Of a DNA stretch of 64,000 nt, positions 46,862-55,219 are shown piece after piece. Where the stretch lies: the IMG/VR virus record IMGVR_UViG_3300028364_000013; one strand, 5' to 3'. The notes under the pieces were generated by a model. The model worked only from the letters and a program-made list of their open reading frames with translations. It searched no databases and was not told the origin of the DNA. The stretch is from a virus (lineage: Duplodnaviria; Caudoviricetes). Within the stretch, counting starts at the first letter, position 1. Each line of letters opens with the position of its first letter. A program made the position numbers and the translations under genes.

Positions 46862-47111
46862 AATGCTGTGGGTTTTTGCAACCTTCGTAGTGTTCCATAT
46901 CGCTTCCGTAACCGTTATACCACAAAACATATTCGCAATTTCTAACTTTTACTATTTGTAAGTCTGCCTTCCATTTAGGGTTGCTTATGTACATTTCTCT
47001 GTTATCTTTTTCTTGCTCAATATTTTCTTTGGTTTCATCTCCACAAGAAGAAAGCACAGCAACTAACACAAAATATAGCGTATAACTTAATTTCGTTCTT
47101 AAATTTTTCAT
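46854..47111 (-). CDS. cassette 12 lipoprotein, starts inside attC12
   Basis: MKNLRTKLSYTLYFVLVAVLSSC lipobox. Confidence 0.7.
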   Translation of the reverse strand: MKNLRTKLSYTLYFVLVAVLSSCGDETKENIEQEKDNREMYISNPKWKADLQIVKVRNCEYVLWYNGYGSDMEHYEGCKNPQHCN

Positions 47112-47194
47112 CTGTTCTGTTTTTAAAGTTTATTAATTATTAAAAGTTTTGTGCTGTTTTTGTCGTTACACACCATATTCAACACGTTATCGGC
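47059..47194 (+). repeat. attC-like 12
   Basis: GCAACTAAC; AATATAGCGTATAAC / GTTACACACCATATT; GTTATCGGC. Confidence 0.78.
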
Positions 47195-47204
47195 AAATGC
47201 TACA

Positions 47205-47378
47205 TTACTTCTTCGTATCAATATTTACGTTAGAAGTTTTTATTTTTTGCCCACGCTCTTTGATTAACTTACGTATTTCAGTTTCACATAAGTTTTTACG
47301 ACTTCTACCATCTTCTTTAGCAATAGCATCAAGAATATCAGTTTCATCTCTATCTAAATGTATTTCTATTCTTACCAT
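47205..47378 (-). CDS. RHH/CopG-like protein, cassette 13 (not in ORF track)
   Basis: MVRIEIHLDRDETDILDAIAKEDGRSRKNLCETEIRKLIKE. Confidence 0.65.
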   Translation of the reverse strand: MVRIEIHLDRDETDILDAIAKEDGRSRKNLCETEIRKLIKERGQKIKTSNVNIDTKK

Positions 47379-47695
47379 TAATCAATCATTTTAATTGATG
47401 AGTATGCAATGTTCCAAACCTCTCCATTTTCTCTTTTACATTTAACTTTCTTTGGATTTAGTTTTAAAACTTCCCAAATTTCACCTTTAAATTTATCACT
47501 AGCAACGGAAACTATGTCTCCTACTTTCAAATCGGTTTTTGATTTTTCTTTCCGTTCCAATTTAATTTGATATTCTTGTTCACGAATAAGTCTATTTGCA
47601 TCAGCAATTACTTTGTTCAATTCATCTAATGATAATCCAGTCAAGTCTATTTTACTTTCAGTATTTATCGTTGCCAGTTCTTGTAGTAAATTCAT
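47378..47695 (-). CDS. cassette 13 protein with SH3/KOW-like C-terminus
   Basis: LKVGDIV......GEIWEV.KLNPKKVKC. Confidence 0.7.
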   Translation of the reverse strand: MNLLQELATINTESKIDLTGLSLDELNKVIADANRLIREQEYQIKLERKEKSKTDLKVGDIVSVASDKFKGEIWEVLKLNPKKVKCKRENGEVWNIAYSSIKMID

Positions 47696-47849
47696 CTTAT
47701 TTTGTTTTAGTGTTATAGTTAATCATACGACAAACTTACGATAAAGTTTCGTATAAACCAAATCTTTTTCAATTATTTTTCTTCCGACCCTAAAAAATAA
47801 AAACTTATTTAGTGCTTCGTATTGAAATTAAGATAGATAATCCGCATCA

Positions 47850-47919
47850 GCCGATAACATTTTGTATATTTCAGTTTGCGAAAAGCAAACCGATAACATA
47901 CAATTTGCCGTTACCCTTA
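47850..47919 (+). repeat. attC-like 13
   Basis: GCCGATAAC; TGTATATTTCAGTTTGC / GCAAACCGATAACATACA; GTTACCCTTA. Confidence 0.85.
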
Positions 47920-47922
47920 ATA

Positions 47923-48420
47923 CTAGACATCTGTTTTCATAAAAGACATCCAATGCGTATTTGAGCGTTTACCTGATTTGTGTCCAAATAATGGTTGATG
48001 GCCAATGGCATTTAATATTTGAGTAACTGTAATTTGGGTTTCGTTCCATTTGAATATTAAAGTCCCATAAGGCTCTAAAACTCGCATACATTCATTAAAT
48101 CCAGTTTTTATATCTAATTCCCAAGTAGGTAATAAAACACCATACTTTTTAGCCATCCAACTGTCTTTTCCTAACTTATTTAAGTGTGGTGGGTCAAATA
48201 CTACCATTTTGAAAGTATTGTCTTTAAATGGCATATCTCTAAAATCAACCTCAATATCAGGTTTAACCTCTATTGTTCTAATTCCAGTATTTACGCTACT
48301 ATCTTTTACTTCTACGGTTTCCGTTCTTATGTCAGCAAATAAAACATTAGGGTTTGTTTTGTCAAACCAGAACATTCTACTTCCGCAACAAGCATCTAAT
48401 ATTTTTTTATCTGTATTCAT
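47923..48420 (-). CDS. class I SAM-dependent methyltransferase (cassette 14)
   Basis: ILDACCGSRMFWFDK, DFRDMPF, VVFDPPH, ECMRVL..GTLIFKWNE. Confidence 0.85.
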   Translation of the reverse strand: MNTDKKILDACCGSRMFWFDKTNPNVLFADIRTETVEVKDSSVNTGIRTIEVKPDIEVDFRDMPFKDNTFKMVVFDPPHLNKLGKDSWMAKKYGVLLPTWELDIKTGFNECMRVLEPYGTLIFKWNETQITVTQILNAIGHQPLFGHKSGKRSNTHWMSFMKTDV

Positions 48421-48451
48421 TATTCAAATTTCGTTTTTAATCAACCCGTAC

Positions 48452-48524
48452 TAAGGGTAACAATTTGTATAATGCATAATTTGTAAAAACAAATTCCGAC
48501 ACCATACAATAGCCGTTAGCGGTA
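48452..48524 (+). repeat. attC-like 14
   Basis: TAAGGGTAAC; TGTATAATG / CACCATACA; GTTAGCGGTA. Confidence 0.82.
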
Positions 48525-48528
48525 ATGG

Positions 48529-48759
48529 TCAGACGTTGTATCTAACAGCAGATGCCATTGCTATCAACAATAGTATTCCTGTTATAATAGCACCATCTGT
48601 TCCGAACATTTGTCCTATACAAAACATTACACCACCTGCCAATATTGTTGATACAAACATATACCATCCAGTTCCACTTTTAGGCTTTAATAAACCACTA
48701 CCGCTAACAAAGGGTTTATTAAATGGCTCAGTTTCGTTTTTCAAATTATCTTTTTCCAT
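48529..48759 (-). CDS. cassette 15 membrane protein
   Basis: ...FNKPFV|SGSG; R'' TACCGCTAAC at 48699; partner arm not found. Confidence 0.65.
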   Translation of the reverse strand: MEKDNLKNETEPFNKPFVSGSGLLKPKSGTGWYMFVSTILAGGVMFCIGQMFGTDGAIITGILLLIAMASAVRYNV

Positions 48760-48859
48760 ATTTTAAAGTTTTATGATTCTAATTAATTTTTGTGCGTAAA
48801 GTAACATTAAGTTAATTATCATAAAATATGATGAAAGTATATCTAAAAAAATAAATAAG

Positions 48860-50422
48860 CTATTGTCCGCCATTCATATAATACCACAATAATCTATGAC
48901 TCAAAATATCGCTGTATCTTCTTATTGGTGATGTAAAGTGACTATAGTGCTTGAATCCGAGTCCATAGTGACCAATTATTTGAGTTGAATAAACTGCTTT
49001 CGACATTGAGCGAATAGCTAACGTTGAAATCATTGCTTCCTCACCACTTCCAGACGCTTTCTTCAACATCTCGTTGAGAGATGCTTTGGTAGCTTCCATG
49101 CTTCCTGAAGTATTAAAGTGATAACCGAACTGAGATACGAATAAACTTAACTCATGCAGTTTCTCTTCACTTGGAAGGTCGTGTGTTCTATATACGAATG
49201 GCTTGGTAAGTCCGTGTGCATAAGTTGCAACATACTTGTTAGCCAATAACATGTACTCTTCAATAAGTTGATGAGCATCTGCAGATTCATGAAAGAAAAC
49301 ATCTATTGGAACATTGTCCTCATCAAGAACAAAGTTTGGCTCTCTTCTGTTGAAGGTGACCGCTCCATCTTTAAATCTTTTCTTTCTAACTTTCTTTGCA
49401 ATGCCATTCAATATTTTCACACAATCGAATACTCCCATCCCTGGTGGAACGCTTTCTATTCTGTCGGCAGTTCCTTCTATAATCTCTTGCGCTTCTTCAT
49501 ACGTCAATCTACAATCAGAGTTGATTACAGTCTTCTTGAAATTGTGCTTAACAACTTCTCCATCTGGAGACATCTGAAAGATAACCGAGAATGTCAGTTT
49601 TTCTTCATTTGGTCGTAAGCTACAGATTCCATTAGAAAGCCTCTCTGGGAGCATTGGAATACATCTATCAACAAGATAAACTGAAGTCGCTCTTCTAAAT
49701 GCTTCCTTATCCAATTCACTTCCTGGTCTAACATAATGTGTTACATCAGCAATGTGAACTCCAATCTCGTAATTCCCATTATCCAATTTCTTGAATGATA
49801 TTGCATCATCAAAATCTTTTGCACTGTCTGGGTCAATGGTGATTGTCAAATCTCCACGCATATCTCTACGCTTAAGAATCTCCTTTTCAGAAATCTCAAC
49901 TGGAATGTCTTCAGCTTCTTTCATAACTGCATCAGAGAAATCATAATCAATATTATGCTTAAACATAATGCTGTTCATTTCAGTCTCGTGAGTTTCAGCT
50001 GCGCCAATCACTTTTGTGACAATACCTTTTGGGCTTTTGTCCTTCTTGTGCCATCGGTGCAATTTAACAACCACAACCTCTCCATCCTTAGCGCCATTTA
50101 GGTGCTCCATTGGAACATAGAAATCTACTGGCATCTTACCTCCAGAAGTTCTAACAAAAGCAAATCCCTTTTCTTCATTGATGTCAATTACACCAGAGAA
50201 TTCAGTTTTGCTTCTATCTTCAACTCTTTCTACTATACCTTGTTCTCCAGTACCTTTTCCGCTTTCGTCTTTAACAATTGACACTGTGACCTTATCTCCA
50301 TGAAGAGCTTGGCCTGTATTTTTTTTGTGAATGAACAAATCATCATTGCCTTCTAATATTAAGTAAGCATGACCGTTTCTTATAAACTCTATTGTTCCTT
50401 CAGTTTGTTTTAATTTTTTCAT
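48860..50422 (-). CDS. rnr: RNase R, N-terminal piece (CSD1/2 + RNB), lacks S1
   Basis: TIDPDSAKDFDDA, VHIADV, RATSVYL, HQLIEEYMLLAN, HFTSPIRRYSD. Confidence 0.92.
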   Translation of the reverse strand: MKKLKQTEGTIEFIRNGHAYLILEGNDDLFIHKKNTGQALHGDKVTVSIVKDESGKGTGEQGIVERVEDRSKTEFSGVIDINEEKGFAFVRTSGGKMPVDFYVPMEHLNGAKDGEVVVVKLHRWHKKDKSPKGIVTKVIGAAETHETEMNSIMFKHNIDYDFSDAVMKEAEDIPVEISEKEILKRRDMRGDLTITIDPDSAKDFDDAISFKKLDNGNYEIGVHIADVTHYVRPGSELDKEAFRRATSVYLVDRCIPMLPERLSNGICSLRPNEEKLTFSVIFQMSPDGEVVKHNFKKTVINSDCRLTYEEAQEIIEGTADRIESVPPGMGVFDCVKILNGIAKKVRKKRFKDGAVTFNRREPNFVLDEDNVPIDVFFHESADAHQLIEEYMLLANKYVATYAHGLTKPFVYRTHDLPSEEKLHELSLFVSQFGYHFNTSGSMEATKASLNEMLKKASGSGEEAMISTLAIRSMSKAVYSTQIIGHYGLGFKHYSHFTSPIRRYSDILSHRLLWYYMNGGQ

Positions 50423-50425
50423 GTT

Positions 50426-50686
50426 TTATTTTCTATTTCTACAGTCAACTTCTGTTGCTGTTATCACTTGATGCATAGAAACCCATACATCATTTCCCGC
50501 CTCGTCATTACCTCTTATGTAACCATCATGCACGCTTCCTCCATAAACCCACATTGCACTTCCATCCACAAGTTGGACATCAAGCCTTGTTTTACAGTCA
50601 TAAGAGTTTGTTGTTTTACCGACACCCTCACAAGAATTTAATACAAATGTAAGCAATGCAAAGCAGATAATAAGTAAATTTTTCAT
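50426..50686 (-). CDS. putative lipoprotein
   Basis: MKNLLIICFALLTFVLNSC lipobox. Confidence 0.7.
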   Translation of the reverse strand: MKNLLIICFALLTFVLNSCEGVGKTTNSYDCKTRLDVQLVDGSAMWVYGGSVHDGYIRGNDEAGNDVWVSMHQVITATEVDCRNRK

Positions 50687-50745
50687 TTTTTATTTTTTGA
50701 TTCTTTTGTTTATACGTTTTTTATGGAAGAATGTTCCTAAAACCT

Positions 50746-52317
50746 TTAATAATTTATATTCTCTGGTCTCATTTGAGGGAAAAATAACACATCTTGAATT
50801 GATTTTTGTTCAGTTAAAATCATTACCAATCTATCAATTCCAATACCAAGACCTGCAGTAGGAGGCATCCCATATTCCAATGCTCTCAAGAAATCTTCAT
50901 CCATACCCATAGCTTCATCATCACCTGCTCCAGCAAGACGAAGTTGCTCTTCAAACCTTTCTCTCTGGTCAATTGGGTCATTAAGCTCACTATAAGCATT
51001 AGCAACTTCTTTACCATTGATTACAAGTTCAAATCTTTCAACTATGCCAGCGTCTGTTCTATGCTTTTTAGCAAGCGGAGACATCTCAACTGGATAATCG
51101 TATACAAACGTTGGTTGAATCAATTTAGGCTCAACAAACTCTCCGAAAATTTCATCAAGAAGCTTCGCTCTACCCATAGAGTTATCAACATGGATTTCAT
51201 GACCAGCAAGAAATACTCTAAGCTCATTATCTGTCATGCTCATTGCTTGACATCCAGAATATCTTTCAATCGCATCAAAGAACTTTATTTTTTCGAATTC
51301 TCCAAAGAAGCTAATTTTATTCTCTCCGAACACAGCTTCAACATCATCAACAATTGAGAATGCTGCTTTTTTTACAATCTGCTCACAAAAGTCCATCATC
51401 CACATATAATCTCTATTGGCTGCGTACAACTCAACTTGAGTAAACTCTGGATTATGGAACCTGCTCATTCCTTCGTTTCTGAAATCTTTAGCAAATTCAT
51501 ACACTCTTTCGAATCCTCCAACAATCAACCTCTTAAGATATAGCTCATTGGCAATTCTCAAATAAAGAGGAATGTCCAATTTATTGTGATGTGTCATAAA
51601 AGGCTTTGCGGTTGCACCACCATGAATTGGCTGTAAAACTGGAGTCTCAACTTCCATGAAAAATTCTTCATCCAATACTTCACGTATTGTTCGAATTATT
51701 CGTGTTCTATCTCTAAATACTTTTTTTGAATCTGGGTTTACCACAAGGTCAACATATCTTTGACGATACTTCATCTCTTGGTTCTCAAAAGAATCGTGAA
51801 CATTTCCTTCCTCATCTTTCTTAACAGTAGGAAGAGGTTTTAAAGACTTAGAAAGTATTGTAAACTTTGTTGCACGAATAGTTAGTTCACCAGTTTGAGT
51901 GACAAACATTTTACCTTCAACACCAACAAAGTCACCAAGGTCAACCAGTTTCTTAAAAACTGTATTGTACATTGTTTTGTCTTCGTCTGGACAAAGCTCG
52001 TCTCTTGAGATGAACACTTGCATTCTTCTTTCTGAATCATCTTGTAATTTAAAGAAAGATGCTTTTCCCATTATGTTCTTACTCATTAGCCTTCCAGACA
52101 ACTTAACAGTCCTTCCCATGTGCTCAATTTGAAGTTCTGTCGAAAAATGTTGAAGCGTATCAAACATTTCCCAAACACTTGTACAATCATATCTTATACG
52201 AGCTCCATTCTCAACATCATTGATAAACGGCTCAGCTGGATAAGGATTAATACCCAGGTCAATCATCGCTTGAAGATGCTCTCGTCTTACTATTTCTTGT
52301 TCTGATAATTTACGCAT
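50746..52317 (-). CDS. lysS: lysyl-tRNA synthetase class II
   Basis: GKASF, YRQRYVDL, YLRIANELYLKRL, FRNEGMSRFHNPEF, YGMPPTAGLGIGIDRL. Confidence 0.97.
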   Translation of the reverse strand: MRKLSEQEIVRREHLQAMIDLGINPYPAEPFINDVENGARIRYDCTSVWEMFDTLQHFSTELQIEHMGRTVKLSGRLMSKNIMGKASFFKLQDDSERRMQVFISRDELCPDEDKTMYNTVFKKLVDLGDFVGVEGKMFVTQTGELTIRATKFTILSKSLKPLPTVKKDEEGNVHDSFENQEMKYRQRYVDLVVNPDSKKVFRDRTRIIRTIREVLDEEFFMEVETPVLQPIHGGATAKPFMTHHNKLDIPLYLRIANELYLKRLIVGGFERVYEFAKDFRNEGMSRFHNPEFTQVELYAANRDYMWMMDFCEQIVKKAAFSIVDDVEAVFGENKISFFGEFEKIKFFDAIERYSGCQAMSMTDNELRVFLAGHEIHVDNSMGRAKLLDEIFGEFVEPKLIQPTFVYDYPVEMSPLAKKHRTDAGIVERFELVINGKEVANAYSELNDPIDQRERFEEQLRLAGAGDDEAMGMDEDFLRALEYGMPPTAGLGIGIDRLVMILTEQKSIQDVLFFPQMRPENINY

Positions 52318-52318
52318 T

Positions 52319-52513
52319 TTAATCTTTTTTATTTAGATTTGACAATCTAAGGTTTTCAAGTTTAAGTTTTTTAATCTCTTCAAACTGCTCTTCAATTTGC
52401 TCTTCAGCAACATCAAGTGCTTGGTATACAAATTTTACAGTCTGATATGGCAATCGCATCTCAGGCTTCAATAACTTTCTTGAATTAATAGTTTCGTCCA
52501 TAATTACATTCAT
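52319..52513 (-). CDS. hypothetical protein
   Basis: ORF in operon. Confidence 0.55.
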   Translation of the reverse strand: MNVIMDETINSRKLLKPEMRLPYQTVKFVYQALDVAEEQIEEQFEEIKKLKLENLRLSNLNKKD

Positions 52514-52516
52514 AAC

Positions 52517-53383
52517 TTATTCTTTTAATTGACCTTGCATTGCTGCGTAATACTCTAAACAATTTTGACCTGGAGAAAGTCCAGATACTTGTCCATCTCC
52601 AGTTTCAATAATCATCCACATGCCGTTTTCCATCTCAGCTATGTCAATCGTGAAGAAGTTGCTATCAATTTCGCAAGCTATCTCTTCAACAAAATCAATT
52701 GTTTCATCATTTGGAGTGCTGTGTTCTACTTTAACGTTAGAGTTTTGAGAACTTGAGATTAATCGTCTGTCATAAAAGAATAATCTATATTCATTTACAT
52801 TTTCTCCATATTTTTTCAAGTCAACAAACTCTTTAAAAACAAGACCTTCACTAAACAACTCTCCTCTATGTTCAACAAACTCCTCTACTTTCTTGAAGAG
52901 GTCTTCTCCACTGATTCCAGTATTCATTCTGAACAAGCCTGGGACTCCTTTTGCAGACTTAACAAAATCTTTCATTAAGAAGTCTTTATCTCCAAAAAAT
53001 TCAGAAATGTCTTGAAGAATGTCAGCATCCCACTCTTTAATGAAAATAGCTTTTGACGTGTGGTCTTTTGTATAATCATAAGACTCTGGGAAGTGATGAC
53101 AATTTTTGTATTGTTCTGGTGTATTCACAAGAACGTAGCCCAGTTCTTCAAGAGTTTTATATAACTCTTCGTACTGAGTTAGGTTTAACATCCAACTCCT
53201 TAATACAAGAGATGTTTTATCATCTATTTGAAATATGTTAGATTTAAACTCTCCTCTAACAAACTCATCATGACTAAACAAAAAACAATCATGACCCTGC
53301 AGTTTTGCAGCGTGATGTTCCTCTATGTAACAGTCATCAACTTTTTTATTGTCAAGTTCATGACATGGGAATAATATCTTCAT
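52517..53383 (-). CDS. ATP-grasp domain protein (R2K-like)
   Basis: RSWML, KDFVKSAK, KEFVDL, NEYRLF, FFTIDIA, IIETGDGQVSG. Confidence 0.75.
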   Translation of the reverse strand: MKILFPCHELDNKKVDDCYIEEHHAAKLQGHDCFLFSHDEFVRGEFKSNIFQIDDKTSLVLRSWMLNLTQYEELYKTLEELGYVLVNTPEQYKNCHHFPESYDYTKDHTSKAIFIKEWDADILQDISEFFGDKDFLMKDFVKSAKGVPGLFRMNTGISGEDLFKKVEEFVEHRGELFSEGLVFKEFVDLKKYGENVNEYRLFFYDRRLISSSQNSNVKVEHSTPNDETIDFVEEIACEIDSNFFTIDIAEMENGMWMIIETGDGQVSGLSPGQNCLEYYAAMQGQLKE

Positions 53384-53429
53384 AAGTCCAGGATTTTATA
53401 AGTTATACGCAAAAATAAGAAATTTGTTC

Positions 53430-53687
53430 TTAAACTTTATCGAAAATTCTTGCTTCTAGGTGAGATAGTTGTCTTTTGAATCCGTCATAGCAAAACGTTT
53501 TATCTTTTGCATGTTTTTTAAGAGTTTCAAAATTGATGTACATGTCTCCGTTTGGAAGTGACTTGTCCCACTTTGTGGCAACATAGTTTCTTCTTTTAAG
53601 AATCTCTGGAACATCTTGCGAGAATTCCACATTATTTGTAACTCTATCAGCAAGTCCAGGATACTCGTAAATAAGCGTGTGGTCCAT
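53430..53687 (-). CDS. hypothetical protein
   Basis: ORF. Confidence 0.55.
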   Translation of the reverse strand: MDHTLIYEYPGLADRVTNNVEFSQDVPEILKRRNYVATKWDKSLPNGDMYINFETLKKHAKDKTFCYDGFKRQLSHLEARIFDKV

Positions 53688-53740
53688 CTTTATAGGATGA
53701 ATAAAAAAAAAGAAAAAACAGAAGTTAAGTTAAATTTATT

Positions 53741-54238
53741 TTATATATTTGCATATAATAAATTTAACTTAGGGGAAGTTGCTTTCCTCCCAACCACGAC
53801 AAGTCGATGATTGGGTTTCCGCAACTGTTTTATGAAACTTGGTGCTCCTCCAGAGTGAGAATCCATTGTAGGGAAGTATAACCAATTGTAGTGAAATGGC
53901 TCGTACTCAAAAGTTATTGGTTGTGAGTCCATTTCTTCATTTCCATCAAATATGCACAATACGAAGCTCCACCCTTTATAATGAGTTTCAAAGAAATTAA
54001 TCAACTCTCCATCAATTTCTGGACCAAGAGCTCCAAGTCTTTCTACAATCTCTCTAACATCTTCTGAAATTAAGACATCATACATTCCAAGATTAAATCT
54101 ATCAAAACTTTTTGACTTCATGCTAAACCCTCTTGAGCGAATTCCATGGCTTTCATCATATTCAAGATGAGCTTGGTTCTCTATGTCTTTTAAGAACTTG
54201 CTGTAATCAGTCGTATCCATGAACCACTCTTTTTTCAA
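53741..54238 (-). CDS. hypothetical protein
   Basis: ORF; 3' end overlaps a structured hairpin. Confidence 0.55.
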   Translation of the reverse strand: MKKEWFMDTTDYSKFLKDIENQAHLEYDESHGIRSRGFSMKSKSFDRFNLGMYDVLISEDVREIVERLGALGPEIDGELINFFETHYKGWSFVLCIFDGNEEMDSQPITFEYEPFHYNWLYFPTMDSHSGGAPSFIKQLRKPNHRLVVVGRKATSPKLNLLYANI

Positions 54239-54289
54239 CTTACCTGGGATTGCCAGTTATGAATTGTATTTTTCTTCTTTCTTCCCACT

Positions 54290-54925
54290 TTATTTTGCAA
54301 CGTCAACTTCTTTGTATAAAAGTTTCATTTTTTCTTGCACTTTATCTTTCTCTTTTACCAGATTGATAACTTTATCCTTCAAAATACCTCTTGCTTTTGA
54401 ATAATTTGATTTAGATGTTCCCTCAGCTATTTCAAGTTTATTTGCAATATCCTTATGAGTCATATCTTCAAACAACTTCATATTGAATACAGCTCTATAA
54501 CAAGGCGACAGCTCTTGAATTAGTCCTAAATATTCTTCTGGCGTTATTTCAGAAGTGTTGATGCCTTCTATTTCGAAACCATCTCCTTCTGGCTGTGTAA
54601 CTAATGATTCGTGGTCTACCACATTTGAATCTTCTAAGAAGAATGTTTTTTTATTTCTTCTTATAGCATCTATGGCTGTGTTTGCAACTATTTTTCTTAT
54701 CCAACCTTCAATGCTTCCACTCTTTTCAAAGTTGTTTATTTTTGCAAAAACTTTTACGAAAGCATCACTTAATACGTCTTGAGCAGCATCTGCATCTTTT
54801 ATGTATCTCATGACAACTACTTTCATTTTTCCATGAAACTCTTTGAACAAAAGTTCTTGGCAATTTCTTTTTCCAGAAATACAACCATCTATAATTTGTT
54901 CTATACTCTTTTCTCTTTTGAACAT
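54290..54925 (-). CDS. ECF-type RNA polymerase sigma factor
   Basis: AQDVLSDAFVKVF, GWIRKIVANTAID, IQELSPCYRAVFNM, EGTSKSNYSKAR. Confidence 0.9.
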   Translation of the reverse strand: MFKREKSIEQIIDGCISGKRNCQELLFKEFHGKMKVVVMRYIKDADAAQDVLSDAFVKVFAKINNFEKSGSIEGWIRKIVANTAIDAIRRNKKTFFLEDSNVVDHESLVTQPEGDGFEIEGINTSEITPEEYLGLIQELSPCYRAVFNMKLFEDMTHKDIANKLEIAEGTSKSNYSKARGILKDKVINLVKEKDKVQEKMKLLYKEVDVAK

Positions 54926-54927
54926 CT

Positions 54928-55152
54928 TTATTTCCCTTCCTTTTTAGGATTCGATTTCATCTTACTTCTGATGATTTCTCCAAGAATGAAGAAAATAACA
55001 CCCCAAGCAAAAAAGAAAAAGTGACCTGCAAACACCAACAAAATCATCCAAGGGTTACCCATCCATGACTTTCTGTGTCTGAAGTAATACGCTCCAGTTA
55101 TTACAACTGCAATTGCTAATACAATCCAAATTGATAATCCTGATACAATCAT
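54928..55152 (-). CDS. small membrane protein
   Basis: two TM segments. Confidence 0.6.
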   Translation of the reverse strand: MIVSGLSIWIVLAIAVVITGAYYFRHRKSWMGNPWMILLVFAGHFFFFAWGVIFFILGEIIRSKMKSNPKKEGK

Positions 55153-55219
55153 TGTTTTAAATTATTAGTTAATAGATATTTAGTTATACGTTAAAAACAT
55201 AATAATGTTCTAAAACATA

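Larger units (their letters stand above)
42525..48720 (+). mobile_element. integron-like array of 15 cassettes
   Basis: Each body starts GTT.. and ends in its reverse complement ..AAC, followed by an imperfect L''/L' inverted repeat. Confidence 0.88.

Noticed and set aside
42525-48720. CRISPR array interpretation of the repeated elements
   Set aside because: Repeats are not identical, units are 110-770 bp and contain ORFs, and no cas genes are present; the pattern fits attC-like sites
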